Shown one piece after another: positions 1 through 9,228 of a DNA stretch of 64,000 bases. The stretch covers positions 416,001 through 480,000 of the forward strand of contig JAVJNR010000003.1 of the NCBI GenBank assembly GCA_040217195.1, written 5' to 3'. The stretch's first letter is position 1. Each line of letters starts with the position of its first letter. Origin of the DNA: Leptospiraceae bacterium. Lineage in GTDB: Bacteria; Spirochaetota; Leptospiria; Leptospirales; Leptonemataceae. Under the pieces are notes generated by a model that was not told where the DNA came from, made no database searches, and was given only the letters and a program-made list of their open reading frames with translations. A program made the translations under genes and the position numbers.

Positions 1-1547
1 CGTGCGAAGTATGTTCCGTCCTGGCCGAGGCGAGAATTCACCCACTCTTCCAGCCTTTTCTTGTCTGCCGGGGGTAAATTCAGTTCCAGATATTTCGAGT
101 ATTCTGATAATTCCGCCGGTGTGGGTTCCGGGATGTCGGCCCATTGCTCAGGACCTGACATGCTAATAGCGCTGGTAGCAGTATAGGAAAGGTCAAAAGG
201 ATGATACTTCTTCTGCAATACTGTGGGCTCCACAGAGAAGGGCCTGTAAGCTAATACACGTTGAGGAATACTGGACAGATAAAAAACATCCACAGGAAGT
301 CTTCGCGGATGGCGCTCTGGATCCGGATCCTGCCAGGTTTCCAGCAAACGACGATCCCTCAGTCGATTGAGGATTTCGTCTGGATCGTAGATAAAGCCTT
401 TCTGCGAATCAAATTCGCTCAGATATTCGCCGGCAGCATACACTGGTTGACTGTCGGAAGCGATAATCATTACAGCACTCTGTTTACCTTTCCCTTTTCC
501 AGAATCCTGGAACTGATCCCATTTATCGGAGGGGACTTTATAGAGTTTGTTATCGTATTGACGGCCACCCTGACCTTGATTCTGGCCCTGACCGCCCTGG
601 TTGCCATCCGGATTGCCCTGGCCCTGTCCACCTTCACCTTCGCCCTGGCCGCCTTCTCCATCAGGTTTTCCCTGACCGCCCTGGCCTTCGCCCTGGTTTT
701 GTCCCTGGCCCTGACCTTCTCCTTTTTGCTGTAATTCAGAAGGATACTTTTCGCCCCTATCGCCCAGAGGCTTGCCATTCTGGTTGCCACCACCCTGGGG
801 TCGCCCACCAGGACCATCTCCTTGACCGCCACCGTCCAGATTTCCCTGACCTTCTTTGGGCTGAGGTACGTTATCTTCCAGAAGCTTGAAACTAATGTCA
901 TGGATTACGAAATCTCTAGGTACCAGAAACGTGAATAAGGCCACAAGTGCAAGGGCAGCTACCGAGAAGACCAGAGCCTCCTTTCGCCTCTTGATTTTAC
1001 TTTGTTGAGCCTTCTGATCATCGGAAGCGCGATCTGGCATGGATCTAGAAAAGCCAGCAAAATATAATACCAGAACATGAATCAGAAAAAGGGCTACTGT
1101 GAGACCAATAAGAAATGGCGTTAGCTTTCCAGCTTCCTGAGCTATTTCTTCCGAGGAGCGCGCAAAGGTTAGAATTCTATAATAGAATGCTGCCAGAAGA
1201 AAAGTCTCCAGGGCAGCCAATATCGGAAATCGGCCCTGACCGTGGAAAACCAGAAAGGTCCAGGCATAAGCTAGAAGTCCGCCAACCAGTATCCAGTAGG
1301 CTCCCTCTTCCAGCCCTGAGACTACCAGCACGGAAAAGGCCAGTAAACCGGATGCAGCAATCAGTCCCCATTTCAAGGCCAGTCGAGGAGGACGCATATA
1401 AAATGCGATTAACATCTCACCGGGTATTACTATAAATGCAATCCACTGGGTGACCGAATCGTAAGGAACGACCACTCCAGGGTGAAAAAATGGAATACTG
1501 AAGGCGGTCAGGTAGAGCGCCATCCGTGTGTAAAACAGGATCTGCAT
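1..1547 (-). CDS. Membrane protein, probable transglutaminase-like partner of MoxR/DUF58 (3' end runs off the window)
   Basis: Manually translated open frame from ATG at 1547 (MQILFYTRMALYLTAFSIPFFHPGVV...) to the window edge (...GQDGTYFA). Several TM helices, then a Gly/Gln linker and a soluble domain. Lies directly after DUF58. The catalytic TGase motif is not visible in the window. Confidence 0.7.
   Translation of the reverse strand, partial: MQILFYTRMALYLTAFSIPFFHPGVVVPYDSVTQWIAFIVIPGEMLIAFYMRPPRLALKWGLIAASGLLAFSVLVVSGLEEGAYWILVGGLLAYAWTFLVFHGQGRFPILAALETFLLAAFYYRILTFARSSEEIAQEAGKLTPFLIGLTVALFLIHVLVLYFAGFSRSMPDRASDDQKAQQSKIKRRKEALVFSVAALALVALFTFLVPRDFVIHDISFKLLEDNVPQPKEGQGNLDGGGQGDGPGGRPQGGGNQNGKPLGDRGEKYPSELQQKGEGQGQGQNQGEGQGGQGKPDGEGGQGEGEGGQGQGNPDGNQGGQGQNQGQGGRQYDNKLYKVPSDKWDQFQDSGKGKGKQSAVMIIASDSQPVYAAGEYLSEFDSQKGFIYDPDEILNRLRDRRLLETWQDPDPERHPRRLPVDVFYLSSIPQRVLAYRPFSVEPTVLQKKYHPFDLSYTATSAISMSGPEQWADIPEPTPAELSEYSKYLELNLPPADKKRLEEWVNSRLGQDGTYFA
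555..860 (-). repeat. Low-complexity Gly/Gln/Glu coding repeat (GQGEGQGGQG...)
   Basis: Recurrent ccctgacc/ccctggcc units on + encode GQG repeats in the minus-strand gene. Confidence 0.85.
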
Positions 1548-1549
1548 AA

Positions 1550-2803
1550 TTAAACCAACCTCAACCGGAGCTTTTCTTCCACCAGATTTCCGCCAGCCGG
1601 AGCCGGCAAAGTTCCAGGGGCCTTCTGGCGACGAAACATCCAGAACCCTGGAAAACAGCTCAGATCCCAATCTGGCAGGAAACGAACTTCCCGTCCCGGA
1701 CCGCGCACCGTGCCAAATACGCTGAGCTTCTCCGCTGAATGCTCCTGCATGAAGGAGCCAAGTCGAGTATCATACGCTGTGGTAAAGATAAAGCGTTCCC
1801 CTGTGCGCGGCGAATCAGAATCGCCTGCTTCCTGGCCTGGCAGGAAATACTGAAGAGCGGCCAGCTCTCGAGAAAATCTGTCCAGATCTTCGCCGGTTTC
1901 AAGCATAGTAGATCCGGCCGGAGTACGAATCCGAAAATTATACTCTGGATGATCCCGATGAACTACGCGAACAAAAGAAAGAAACCAGCTCTTCAAATAA
2001 TTAAGATGAAGGATGGCCTCGGGACTGTCCATGCCATCATCATTAAAGGCTCTAAAATCAAGATGCAAAAGATGGGATTGCTCCGGACTTATGGGCGAAA
2101 TTCGCGTAATCAACTCCTGGATACGTATGGAAGATTTCCAGTTAATATCCTTAAGCCGATCTCCGGGAATGTACTCCCGCATGTAGTATTTTTCCTCTTC
2201 CGATGTTTGCATCTTTCGACTACTTTCCATACTGGAAGCTGGCTGAAAGTGCACCGGCGTTTTTTCCGGAAATAAAGGAGCCTCTACAGTGATCTCCACT
2301 CTTTCATCTTCGCCCAGGCGAAAACGAACCAGGCCAAACACATCGCGCAGCATCAATGTTCCCTTGAATACACCCCGGCCGCTATAGGGAAAGTTTAGAG
2401 GAACTAGAATTAATGAACCATCTGGGCTGGAGCCTTCAGAGCGAAAAGAAAAGGAGGCATGGCGACCCACGGAAAATGGTCCGCGAATCAAAAAATGGAA
2501 CCTGTAAAAGTAGTGGCATTTCTGATCTCCAAGATGCACTGCCTGAACCTGACCATTCAGACGAGCAAATATAGAATGGCCGGAATCCATAACCGGAGTT
2601 GCATGACGAAAACGGAACTTCTGAATATATCCATCGGAAATCAGAAAGATCAATACGAATAAAGCTGTTATTCCAAAAACGAATGCATAGGCATTCTGGG
2701 AGCCATGCCAGACACCCAGCAGGTACAATGATGTCAGTAGCAACAGTGTGCCTGTGGCAGTCAGAGGATACCCTCTATAGATGGATTTTGCTAATTCCTT
2801 CAA
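1550..2803 (-). CDS. DUF58 domain protein
   Basis: MREYIPGDRLKDINWKSS motif, N-terminal TM pair, downstream of MoxR. Confidence 0.9.
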   Translation of the reverse strand: MKELAKSIYRGYPLTATGTLLLLTSLYLLGVWHGSQNAYAFVFGITALFVLIFLISDGYIQKFRFRHATPVMDSGHSIFARLNGQVQAVHLGDQKCHYFYRFHFLIRGPFSVGRHASFSFRSEGSSPDGSLILVPLNFPYSGRGVFKGTLMLRDVFGLVRFRLGEDERVEITVEAPLFPEKTPVHFQPASSMESSRKMQTSEEEKYYMREYIPGDRLKDINWKSSIRIQELITRISPISPEQSHLLHLDFRAFNDDGMDSPEAILHLNYLKSWFLSFVRVVHRDHPEYNFRIRTPAGSTMLETGEDLDRFSRELAALQYFLPGQEAGDSDSPRTGERFIFTTAYDTRLGSFMQEHSAEKLSVFGTVRGPGREVRFLPDWDLSCFPGFWMFRRQKAPGTLPAPAGGNLVEEKLRLRLV

Positions 2804-2856
2804 ATTGATTCCTGGCGCCGGTTGCTACCGGCGGACTATCCTGGCTGGATCGCCCC

Positions 2857-3846
2857 CTACCGGCTGGTTTTGACTTCGTTGAGGATCTGCTTGATTACAT
2901 CACCCGGTGCAACTCGGGGATCTTCCAGTTCCAGCCTGTGAGACAGTACCGGAACAGCCAGTTCCTTTACTGTATCGATGGAAACATAGTCATTACCACG
3001 CATTATGGAAAGTGCACGGGCGATTCTAGAAAGTTTGATACCAGCTCTAGGAGAACAACCGGTGATAACACCTGGATAGGTTCTGGTTTTTCGGATTAGA
3101 GCGACAATGTAATCCACTACTTCCCGGTGTATTGTAACTTCATCCACAAGTCTCTGCCAGGCAAGCAGTTCCCCTACGTCGATGACCGGACCAAATCCCT
3201 TCCAGGAGTTATCCTTACCATGTTGCTCAATGATATCACCTTCGCTTTGTTCGTCCGGATACCCCAGGGAAATCTGCAGCATGAATCGGTCCAGCTGAGG
3301 GGCGGGAAGAGGAAAAAGATGGGAACCCTTCAGGTTCATAGTTGAAATAATAAAGAAGGGATCCGGGAGGTCATAGGTTCTGCCTTCAATAGACACAGAT
3401 TGTTCTTCCATGGCTTGAAAGAAACTTCCCTGAGTCTTCGGAGTTAGAAGATTGATTTCGTCACAGAGAATAAAATGCGCAAAAATGGGCCCACGGTTGA
3501 ATTGATTCTGGGACGTTTTCATATCGAATCGGTTATAACCCAGAATATCCTGCGGAAGCAGATCCACTGTGCACTGAATTCGGCTGAAATGCTCAATGTC
3601 CACTCCCTGCTGATTCTGATTTGCACTGCCCCATTGAATGGAACCGGCCAGAGCACGAGCCAGAGAGGTTTTTCCTACACCGTGGGAGTCTGCCAGCATT
3701 ACGTGACCGCCAGCAATCTTGGAGGCGATTAGATACTCTAGCTTCCTTGTATCGATATAGATTACGGTTTTGATGTTTGCCATGAGTCGGAGAATGCCTT
3801 CTTTGGCAGCTCCGAAGTAGGATGAAGGAACGCTTTCCGTTTGCAT
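2857..3846 (-). CDS. MoxR family AAA+ ATPase
   Basis: HGVGKT Walker A, RIQCTVDLLPQDILG, DEIN Walker B, LPAPQLDRF, SPRA. Confidence 0.95.
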   Translation of the reverse strand: MQTESVPSSYFGAAKEGILRLMANIKTVIYIDTRKLEYLIASKIAGGHVMLADSHGVGKTSLARALAGSIQWGSANQNQQGVDIEHFSRIQCTVDLLPQDILGYNRFDMKTSQNQFNRGPIFAHFILCDEINLLTPKTQGSFFQAMEEQSVSIEGRTYDLPDPFFIISTMNLKGSHLFPLPAPQLDRFMLQISLGYPDEQSEGDIIEQHGKDNSWKGFGPVIDVGELLAWQRLVDEVTIHREVVDYIVALIRKTRTYPGVITGCSPRAGIKLSRIARALSIMRGNDYVSIDTVKELAVPVLSHRLELEDPRVAPGDVIKQILNEVKTSR

Positions 3847-3854
3847 GTATGGGC

Positions 3855-4202
3855 CTATTTAGTGAATATCCGGTTGTGAGGGCAAGGATTATCCGTTGGA
3901 GCATTGGACGAAAGTGGGTCATCCGGGGTTCCCTGATAGAATCTGAGATCCTCCGTGTAAAGAAGGTAGGACAGATAAACGATGAGCACTAGGCCTCCAT
4001 AGGCATAGCCGGCCGTCGCGGTCCCTCTGCTTACGGCTGCCCCGGCCAGCCATAAATCCAGCAATACGCCCAGACTGATCTCATAAAAGCCCACATATTT
4101 CCCGGAACCTCCGCTGCTGTGAACCGCCGCATTCATGGTGACGCAGGAGGCTAGAGTTAAACAGCCAACTAGAGAGAAAACCAGAATAGTCCGTCGCATC
4201 AT
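3855..4202 (-). CDS. Hypothetical membrane lipoprotein
   Basis: Lipobox-like LTLASC followed by two hydrophobic segments. Confidence 0.6.
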   Translation of the reverse strand: MMRRTILVFSLVGCLTLASCVTMNAAVHSSGGSGKYVGFYEISLGVLLDLWLAGAAVSRGTATAGYAYGGLVLIVYLSYLLYTEDLRFYQGTPDDPLSSNAPTDNPCPHNRIFTK

Positions 4203-4208
4203 GGCATC

Positions 4209-4538
4209 CTAGAAGATTAAGTACCGGGGGTACCGAGATTCTTTGTCGCACTCAGTAAGCTGTATCTGGTAGTATACACAGAGGCTGAGCGTAAGATTCG
4301 AAAAGCTGCTTTCCTCCGATTCCTCCGGAGTTCGAAGAGCAAGATTCATTGAGCAGTACTGGTCGCGCTGAGACCGAGCCCCTTCTTCCAGAAATCCGTC
4401 CCCATCCTTGCAGATATCCCTCTTGGATACTCCCGGCCCCATATGACCCATATTACACACGGAGATGTGAAATGAAAGAATGAGAATCAAGAGCGGAAGG
4501 ACTTTGCGCCACCCCGGATTTTTTTCTCGTCCGTTCAT
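4209..4538 (-). CDS. Small Cys-rich lipoprotein
   Basis: Hydrophobic signal ending ISVC plus four further Cys. Confidence 0.65.
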   Translation of the reverse strand: MNGREKNPGWRKVLPLLILILSFHISVCNMGHMGPGVSKRDICKDGDGFLEEGARSQRDQYCSMNLALRTPEESEESSFSNLTLSLCVYYQIQLTECDKESRYPRYLIF

Positions 4539-4559
4539 GAACGCAACGCCTTTCGATCC

Positions 4560-5045
4560 TTAGAGTTCGACATTGTAGTTCCTTACCTCATATCGATAGA
4601 CATGGTTGTCATCGTCAGCAATTATCGTAACGCTGTTTTTGCCTTTCAGAGCTCGGTATTCGTAGCCGCCCGGATTTCGAATGAATGGCTCTCCCTGGAA
4701 ACCAATCCTTTCGATCGCTCGATCATCAAGAGGAATCGAATCCTGCGGCCTGAAGAATATCATGATCGCCGTGTCACCCAGATAGATGATTCGAAGGTGT
4801 CCGTCTGAATATTTGCACTCGGGACCTGTAATAGCCTCCGCACATACCATCGGTTTTCCATGAACTGCTTCAATGGAGTCCCGGGACTGACCGGCAATCC
4901 GGGAAAGATCAATCAACACTTCTACGGGCTGCTCTTTACAGCCAATGCAAAACAATGCTCCGGCCACGAACAGCAGGATAGCGGTCTGGCCACACCTGCG
5001 TCCTACTTGCTGCGATTTGCGACGGGACAATGCTTTCATTTGCAT
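4560..5045 (-). CDS. Hypothetical lipoprotein
   Basis: Basic N-terminus, LFCIGC lipobox, soluble alpha/beta domain. Confidence 0.65.
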   Translation of the reverse strand: MQMKALSRRKSQQVGRRCGQTAILLFVAGALFCIGCKEQPVEVLIDLSRIAGQSRDSIEAVHGKPMVCAEAITGPECKYSDGHLRIIYLGDTAIMIFFRPQDSIPLDDRAIERIGFQGEPFIRNPGGYEYRALKGKNSVTIIADDDNHVYRYEVRNYNVEL

Positions 5046-5181
5046 AGATTCCTAGCTGTCCATATCTCGGATCAATCGTCCACAAAAAAGCAGACTACTC
5101 CCGGGAAATCTCTTCGCATCTTCGCAGCTTTCATGGCGACCTTTTTAACTTGACCCGCCTACGAAACAGAGAGCACTTATT

Positions 5182-5661
5182 ATGATGCGACCTTTCAGGG
5201 TGACGTTCCTTTTTCTCCTCGGATTTGCTCTCTATTGCTCTGGAGGGGACTCTCAGCCTTGCGACACAATGGTTGCGCAAATGGGACTGGAAAAGAAATG
5301 GGTACGGGTGGTGACTGGCGGATCCCGATCAAGGAGTGTTGGACTTGAATGCGCCATTAATTCGACTCAGTGGGCTGAAAATGGGGAAGCGTTCCAGGTA
5401 TATAGCTTTGTGACACCTGAAGATGCGGATTCATTGCTGGAATCCCTGCACGACACGGAAGAAGGCCAGACTGAGAAATTTGAAGAGAATGGACGAGACT
5501 ACTTCATTTCCACCGAGCCGAGCCAATTTTCGACATTATGCACCTACTCTGGAGTCAAAGAGACGTCATTGTTGTTTCTTCAATGGGTGCCGACTGGCAA
5601 TAGCTGTCGACGCGACGAAATCCCGTCAGATAGAGAGCAAATCATACAACGGTTTTATTGA
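5182..5661 (+). CDS. Hypothetical lipoprotein
   Basis: Signal ending FALYC, soluble domain with four further Cys. Confidence 0.65.
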   Translation: MMRPFRVTFLFLLGFALYCSGGDSQPCDTMVAQMGLEKKWVRVVTGGSRSRSVGLECAINSTQWAENGEAFQVYSFVTPEDADSLLESLHDTEEGQTEKFEENGRDYFISTEPSQFSTLCTYSGVKETSLLFLQWVPTGNSCRRDEIPSDREQIIQRFY

Positions 5662-5804
5662 TCCCGTTCCATTGCACAGGGTAAGGAGTAAAAATCACTG
5701 AATCGGTATGCCGGGCACCGGGGCGCAGCAATCGCCACCGCCTTCTCCGGGAACTCCCCGAGGGTATCGGGTCTACAACGTTGATCCGTTTCGATAGAGG
5801 ATAG

Positions 5805-6830
5805 ATGATGGCAACAAATAGTAGAAAAAGACCAATAGACAGCGCCGTGCTCTGGAGATGCATAGGCTTACTGACAAATCTTCTAGTGCTAACCTGTGCG
5901 AGTTACCCTACCGTAGAAGCCCCACTCCCGCCGAAGTCGCTGGCCGCCATGGGAACCGTTTTCGTGGCTCACATAGAAGAAACCAGCAATCCTGGTGTGC
6001 ATGCGGCTCCATACAAACCCATGGCCGAGCGGATACTCGAGCAGGCGGGCTTCCGAGTTGTCAAAGAAGACAGGGCGGAATTCCATTTGATCATTCGCAC
6101 GAGAACGGAGGCATTGAAAATCCGATACATCACTCGGGACCGAGAGACGTTTTACTCGTATAAGGGCGTGCGAAGCGCGGGAACCCTGGAGGTGATTACA
6201 ACCGCCCGAGAACCCATGTTTTTACACTTTTCATCGGAAAAAGATCCGCCAATCTTTGCGAAAAAATGGGACGATGAAGAACCGGATCCGGCCCTGGCGC
6301 CCTACGGTGAAGCCTTCGAATTGCCGGGAGGGTTCTACGATGCAATGAACGCTTTGCTTCTCGAGCAAATATCGCAGGACAGATTCCTGCGCATGGTCAA
6401 TCTGCCCTTTAAAGATTTTAACGGACTGGACTATAAGGGCAGTCTGATTCGCTCCCTTCACGAGAGAGGTATTACTGCAGCAAGTCCGCAATTGATGCGA
6501 TTGCTCAGCGATAACGAATTTTCCTGTGGGACAATTTGTCCTATTCTGGTTGAATGGAAATACGAACCGGTTCTCGACTATGCCATTGCCATTCTGGGAA
6601 GCGAGAAAAAGCCTTACGACCTTGAACCAGTTTTCGAAACACATGTCCAATTCAAGCAACGCCGATCGATACCATCCCTCATCGCATTTCTCCGCACCGT
6701 CAGAAACACCAAATCAGATCGTGACTCGAAGCATCAGAAGTTAGCACTTAGGGCATTGCGTGAGATTTCCGGGCAGGATCTGGGAGAAGAGCCATCCGCC
6801 TGGGCTGAATGGTTCAAAGCTCAGCATTAA
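5805..6830 (+). CDS. Lipoprotein with C-terminal HEAT-like repeats
   Basis: VLTC lipobox; C-terminal SIPSLIAFL...ALRALREISGQDLG..AWAEWF is typical of HEAT-repeat protein ends. Confidence 0.7.
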   Translation: MMATNSRKRPIDSAVLWRCIGLLTNLLVLTCASYPTVEAPLPPKSLAAMGTVFVAHIEETSNPGVHAAPYKPMAERILEQAGFRVVKEDRAEFHLIIRTRTEALKIRYITRDRETFYSYKGVRSAGTLEVITTAREPMFLHFSSEKDPPIFAKKWDDEEPDPALAPYGEAFELPGGFYDAMNALLLEQISQDRFLRMVNLPFKDFNGLDYKGSLIRSLHERGITAASPQLMRLLSDNEFSCGTICPILVEWKYEPVLDYAIAILGSEKKPYDLEPVFETHVQFKQRRSIPSLIAFLRTVRNTKSDRDSKHQKLALRALREISGQDLGEEPSAWAEWFKAQH

Positions 6831-6889
6831 AGGTTCGAAGATACGCTCTCTCACCCGGTTCTCAACCCGTTGGATGCTTCTACCGAATT

Positions 6890-7453
6890 TCAGGGCTGTT
6901 TTTTTCTTTCCCGGTAGGCATTGTCCAGTTTGGTAATCCGTACGCCGTCGGTGTCCAGATATTTCAATAGGGACGCCGCATACCGATCTTTATACATCCC
7001 ACAGAACTGGCGAGTAACGTAGGAATAACCGTCCCCGCCTTCGTAAAGAATAACAGCAAGGGAAATCGTATCCGGCACACTATCGACCCCGGCTCTCCCT
7101 TTGAGCCCCTGTATCGCCGCGTCAGCCTCGGTGAAATCCAATTTGATACTCACCCTGCAGGCCGATTTCCCATTCGGCAACACGGCAGTGCATGCGTTTG
7201 AACCGAGTTGCGGCCTGGCACTGCCGAAGAAATGGTTACCGAGAAAGCGGGCCATATCTTCACCAGCCGAGCCCTCCGTAATGACTTGCAGGCAACGAAA
7301 ATTCCCCGGCCTACCGGGTTCTGTCTTGTTGTCTGAGAAAACGATCGGGGATTCGATATCGCCCGGTGTTAGATCCAACGCGTCACCTTTGCAACTGAAA
7401 GCGGCGCAAAGAAGCAACAGTGGAATCGCGGAGAGTATTAGGGTTCTTTTCAT
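6890..7453 (-). CDS. Hypothetical lipoprotein
   Basis: MKRTLILSAIPLLLLCAAFSC signal and lipobox. Confidence 0.7.
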   Translation of the reverse strand: MKRTLILSAIPLLLLCAAFSCKGDALDLTPGDIESPIVFSDNKTEPGRPGNFRCLQVITEGSAGEDMARFLGNHFFGSARPQLGSNACTAVLPNGKSACRVSIKLDFTEADAAIQGLKGRAGVDSVPDTISLAVILYEGGDGYSYVTRQFCGMYKDRYAASLLKYLDTDGVRITKLDNAYRERKKQP

Positions 7454-7584
7454 TCTGATTACCAGCTACAGAGTTGCATCGGGAGCAATTTGAGGCCAAT
7501 CCTTTTTTAGAGGTACGCTCGAAGTTGGCCCTCCTGGCCGCGCTGCAGCATTGGACGAGGCCACCACTTCCCGGGTTCTAAATC

Positions 7585-8370
7585 TCAGTTCCCGGATAGC
7601 TCTGCCCGACGACGACGCCTTTCTCTCAGGTCATCTTCTTTTCTAAACCTTACCATCTCCTGCTGAAATTCCTTCATTGCTTTTTCGAATTCCAGAAGAC
7701 CCAGGTTTCGACTTCCAGGATTTAGCTCCGGGTCCGAGCCTGGACTGAGTAGACTTTCCAGCTCAGTGATCATCATTTCTTTGTACCGACGGGAGGTATT
7801 GGACAGTATCAGTTTTCGGACGGCTTCTGTAGAATTTACAATAACATGAGCCACAATGTTCATTCTGCATCGAGCGATCAGTCTATGCAGATCTGCATTT
7901 GGCCAGGACAGTAAATCATCGATGGAAGGAAGGGCATCCCCCTGGGGACGCTGTCCAAGCAAGGACTCATAAATGGCATATCCCTTGCCAGTGGGAGGTG
8001 TGGCAGCCCTTAGAAAGCCGGATGGTTCCTTTCCCTGAGCAGCCCGGCATAATTCCACTTCCGAAATAGGCAGCACTCCCTGCACCTTATCCTGTCGGCG
8101 AATTAGAAATGGTTCCGTAAAAAGCAGGACGCTGAAGCCCGCCGCATCCAATCTAAAAAGGCCGGTATGATTCTTATGCAGTGACCATTTCTGTGATTTC
8201 TGGATAGGTCCGGATTCCACCTTCCGGGTTATCAAAAACCTGTCTAGCTTGGACTGAATGGCCGCTACGGACTCTAAAATCTTCTGGGAAATTTGTTCGT
8301 GGGTTGGAGGAGGCTGAGCTTTCTTTTTTCTACGAACCTTTGCAAAAACTCTTTGGAAGAAACCAGCCAT
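7585..8370 (-). CDS. Protein with a FliG C-terminal-like domain
   Basis: IDDLLSWPNADLHRLI...VRKLILSNTSRRYKEMMITELE resembles the FliG-C consensus (FEDL..LDD..IQ..L...ILSNMSKRA.EM..EEL). Confidence 0.6.
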   Translation of the reverse strand: MAGFFQRVFAKVRRKKKAQPPPTHEQISQKILESVAAIQSKLDRFLITRKVESGPIQKSQKWSLHKNHTGLFRLDAAGFSVLLFTEPFLIRRQDKVQGVLPISEVELCRAAQGKEPSGFLRAATPPTGKGYAIYESLLGQRPQGDALPSIDDLLSWPNADLHRLIARCRMNIVAHVIVNSTEAVRKLILSNTSRRYKEMMITELESLLSPGSDPELNPGSRNLGLLEFEKAMKEFQQEMVRFRKEDDLRERRRRRAELSGN

Positions 8371-8373
8371 CCT

Positions 8374-8727
8374 TTATTGATTTTTGGCTTCTTCGATGCA
8401 TTCCTTGAGCGAAGATTCTATTTCCAGGAGCTGATCCACCCCTGTGAGCTCAAAAACTTCTAGAATTCGTTGATTGGCGCCAAAAATCCAGAAGCTACCC
8501 CTTGAACTGTTCAAACGAAGCTTGAGGTTCACGAGTATGCCTATGGCGGCACTGGAAATATGTTCCAGTTTTGTGAAGTCCATAATGAAATATGGTTCTT
8601 CCAGGGATTCGACCAGACTTTCCAGTTCTTCACCGAAGTGCACTGCATCTTCCAGGGCGAACCGCCCTTTGATTTTTAGTACAGGAATTCCCTCCTTCCG
8701 AGAGGCTTCCAACTGGAGCTGGCTCAT
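8374..8727 (-). CDS. STAS domain anti-sigma factor antagonist
   Basis: MDFTKLEHISSAAIGILV and VFELTGVD motifs; 117 aa. Confidence 0.92.
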   Translation of the reverse strand: MSQLQLEASRKEGIPVLKIKGRFALEDAVHFGEELESLVESLEEPYFIMDFTKLEHISSAAIGILVNLKLRLNSSRGSFWIFGANQRILEVFELTGVDQLLEIESSLKECIEEAKNQ

Positions 8728-8750
8728 GTTGTCTAGTGGGCTGATAGAGC

Positions 8751-8951
8751 TTACTTGAGTTTATATTTTTTCTTAAATCGATCTACACGACCGGCGGAGT
8801 CTACAACCCTTTGCTGCCCTGTATAGAACGGGTGGCAATTGGAGCAAATCTCAACAGACAGGTCTCCCCGAGTAGAACGGGTTTTGTAGGTGGCCCCACA
8901 GGCACATTTAATAGTTGCTTCTTTGTATTCTGGATGGATTCCGGTTTTCAT
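8751..8951 (-). CDS. rpmE: 50S ribosomal protein L31 (Zn-binding type)
   Basis: [31 protein letters not shown] upstream. Confidence 0.98.
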   Translation of the reverse strand: MKTGIHPEYKEATIKCACGATYKTRSTRGDLSVEICSNCHPFYTGQQRVVDSAGRVDRFKKKYKLK

Positions 8952-9228
8952 CCTTGCCTCCCGATCCCGCCAGATTCTGGAGAGGGACCGTAAGCGTCAA
9001 GTAAAGCAAAGTCGAACCCGTCCGGCCACCGGATTATTCCTGGAGTAATATTGATGGAAATTCCATAAGCAAAGCCCGATCATGTGCCCCGAACGTCCTT
9101 GAACGCCAGGTTGCCGGGCTCAGAAATAAAAATCCCCCCGGGGGGTATAATTCCGGTTAGCTAAAATTAAGAATGAGACGTCCAAATAGAAAAACAGGAT
9201 GGGAGGCTAATGGCTCCCGGAAGAAATC

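Noticed and set aside
261..901. ORFs 261-734(+) and 470-901(-) with Ala/Leu or Arg/Ala repeats
   Set aside because: Alternative-frame shadows of the Gly/Gln repeat in the real minus-strand gene starting at 1547
3855..7453. Integron cassette array
   Set aside because: Mixed gene orientation, no repeated attC-like spacers and no integrase
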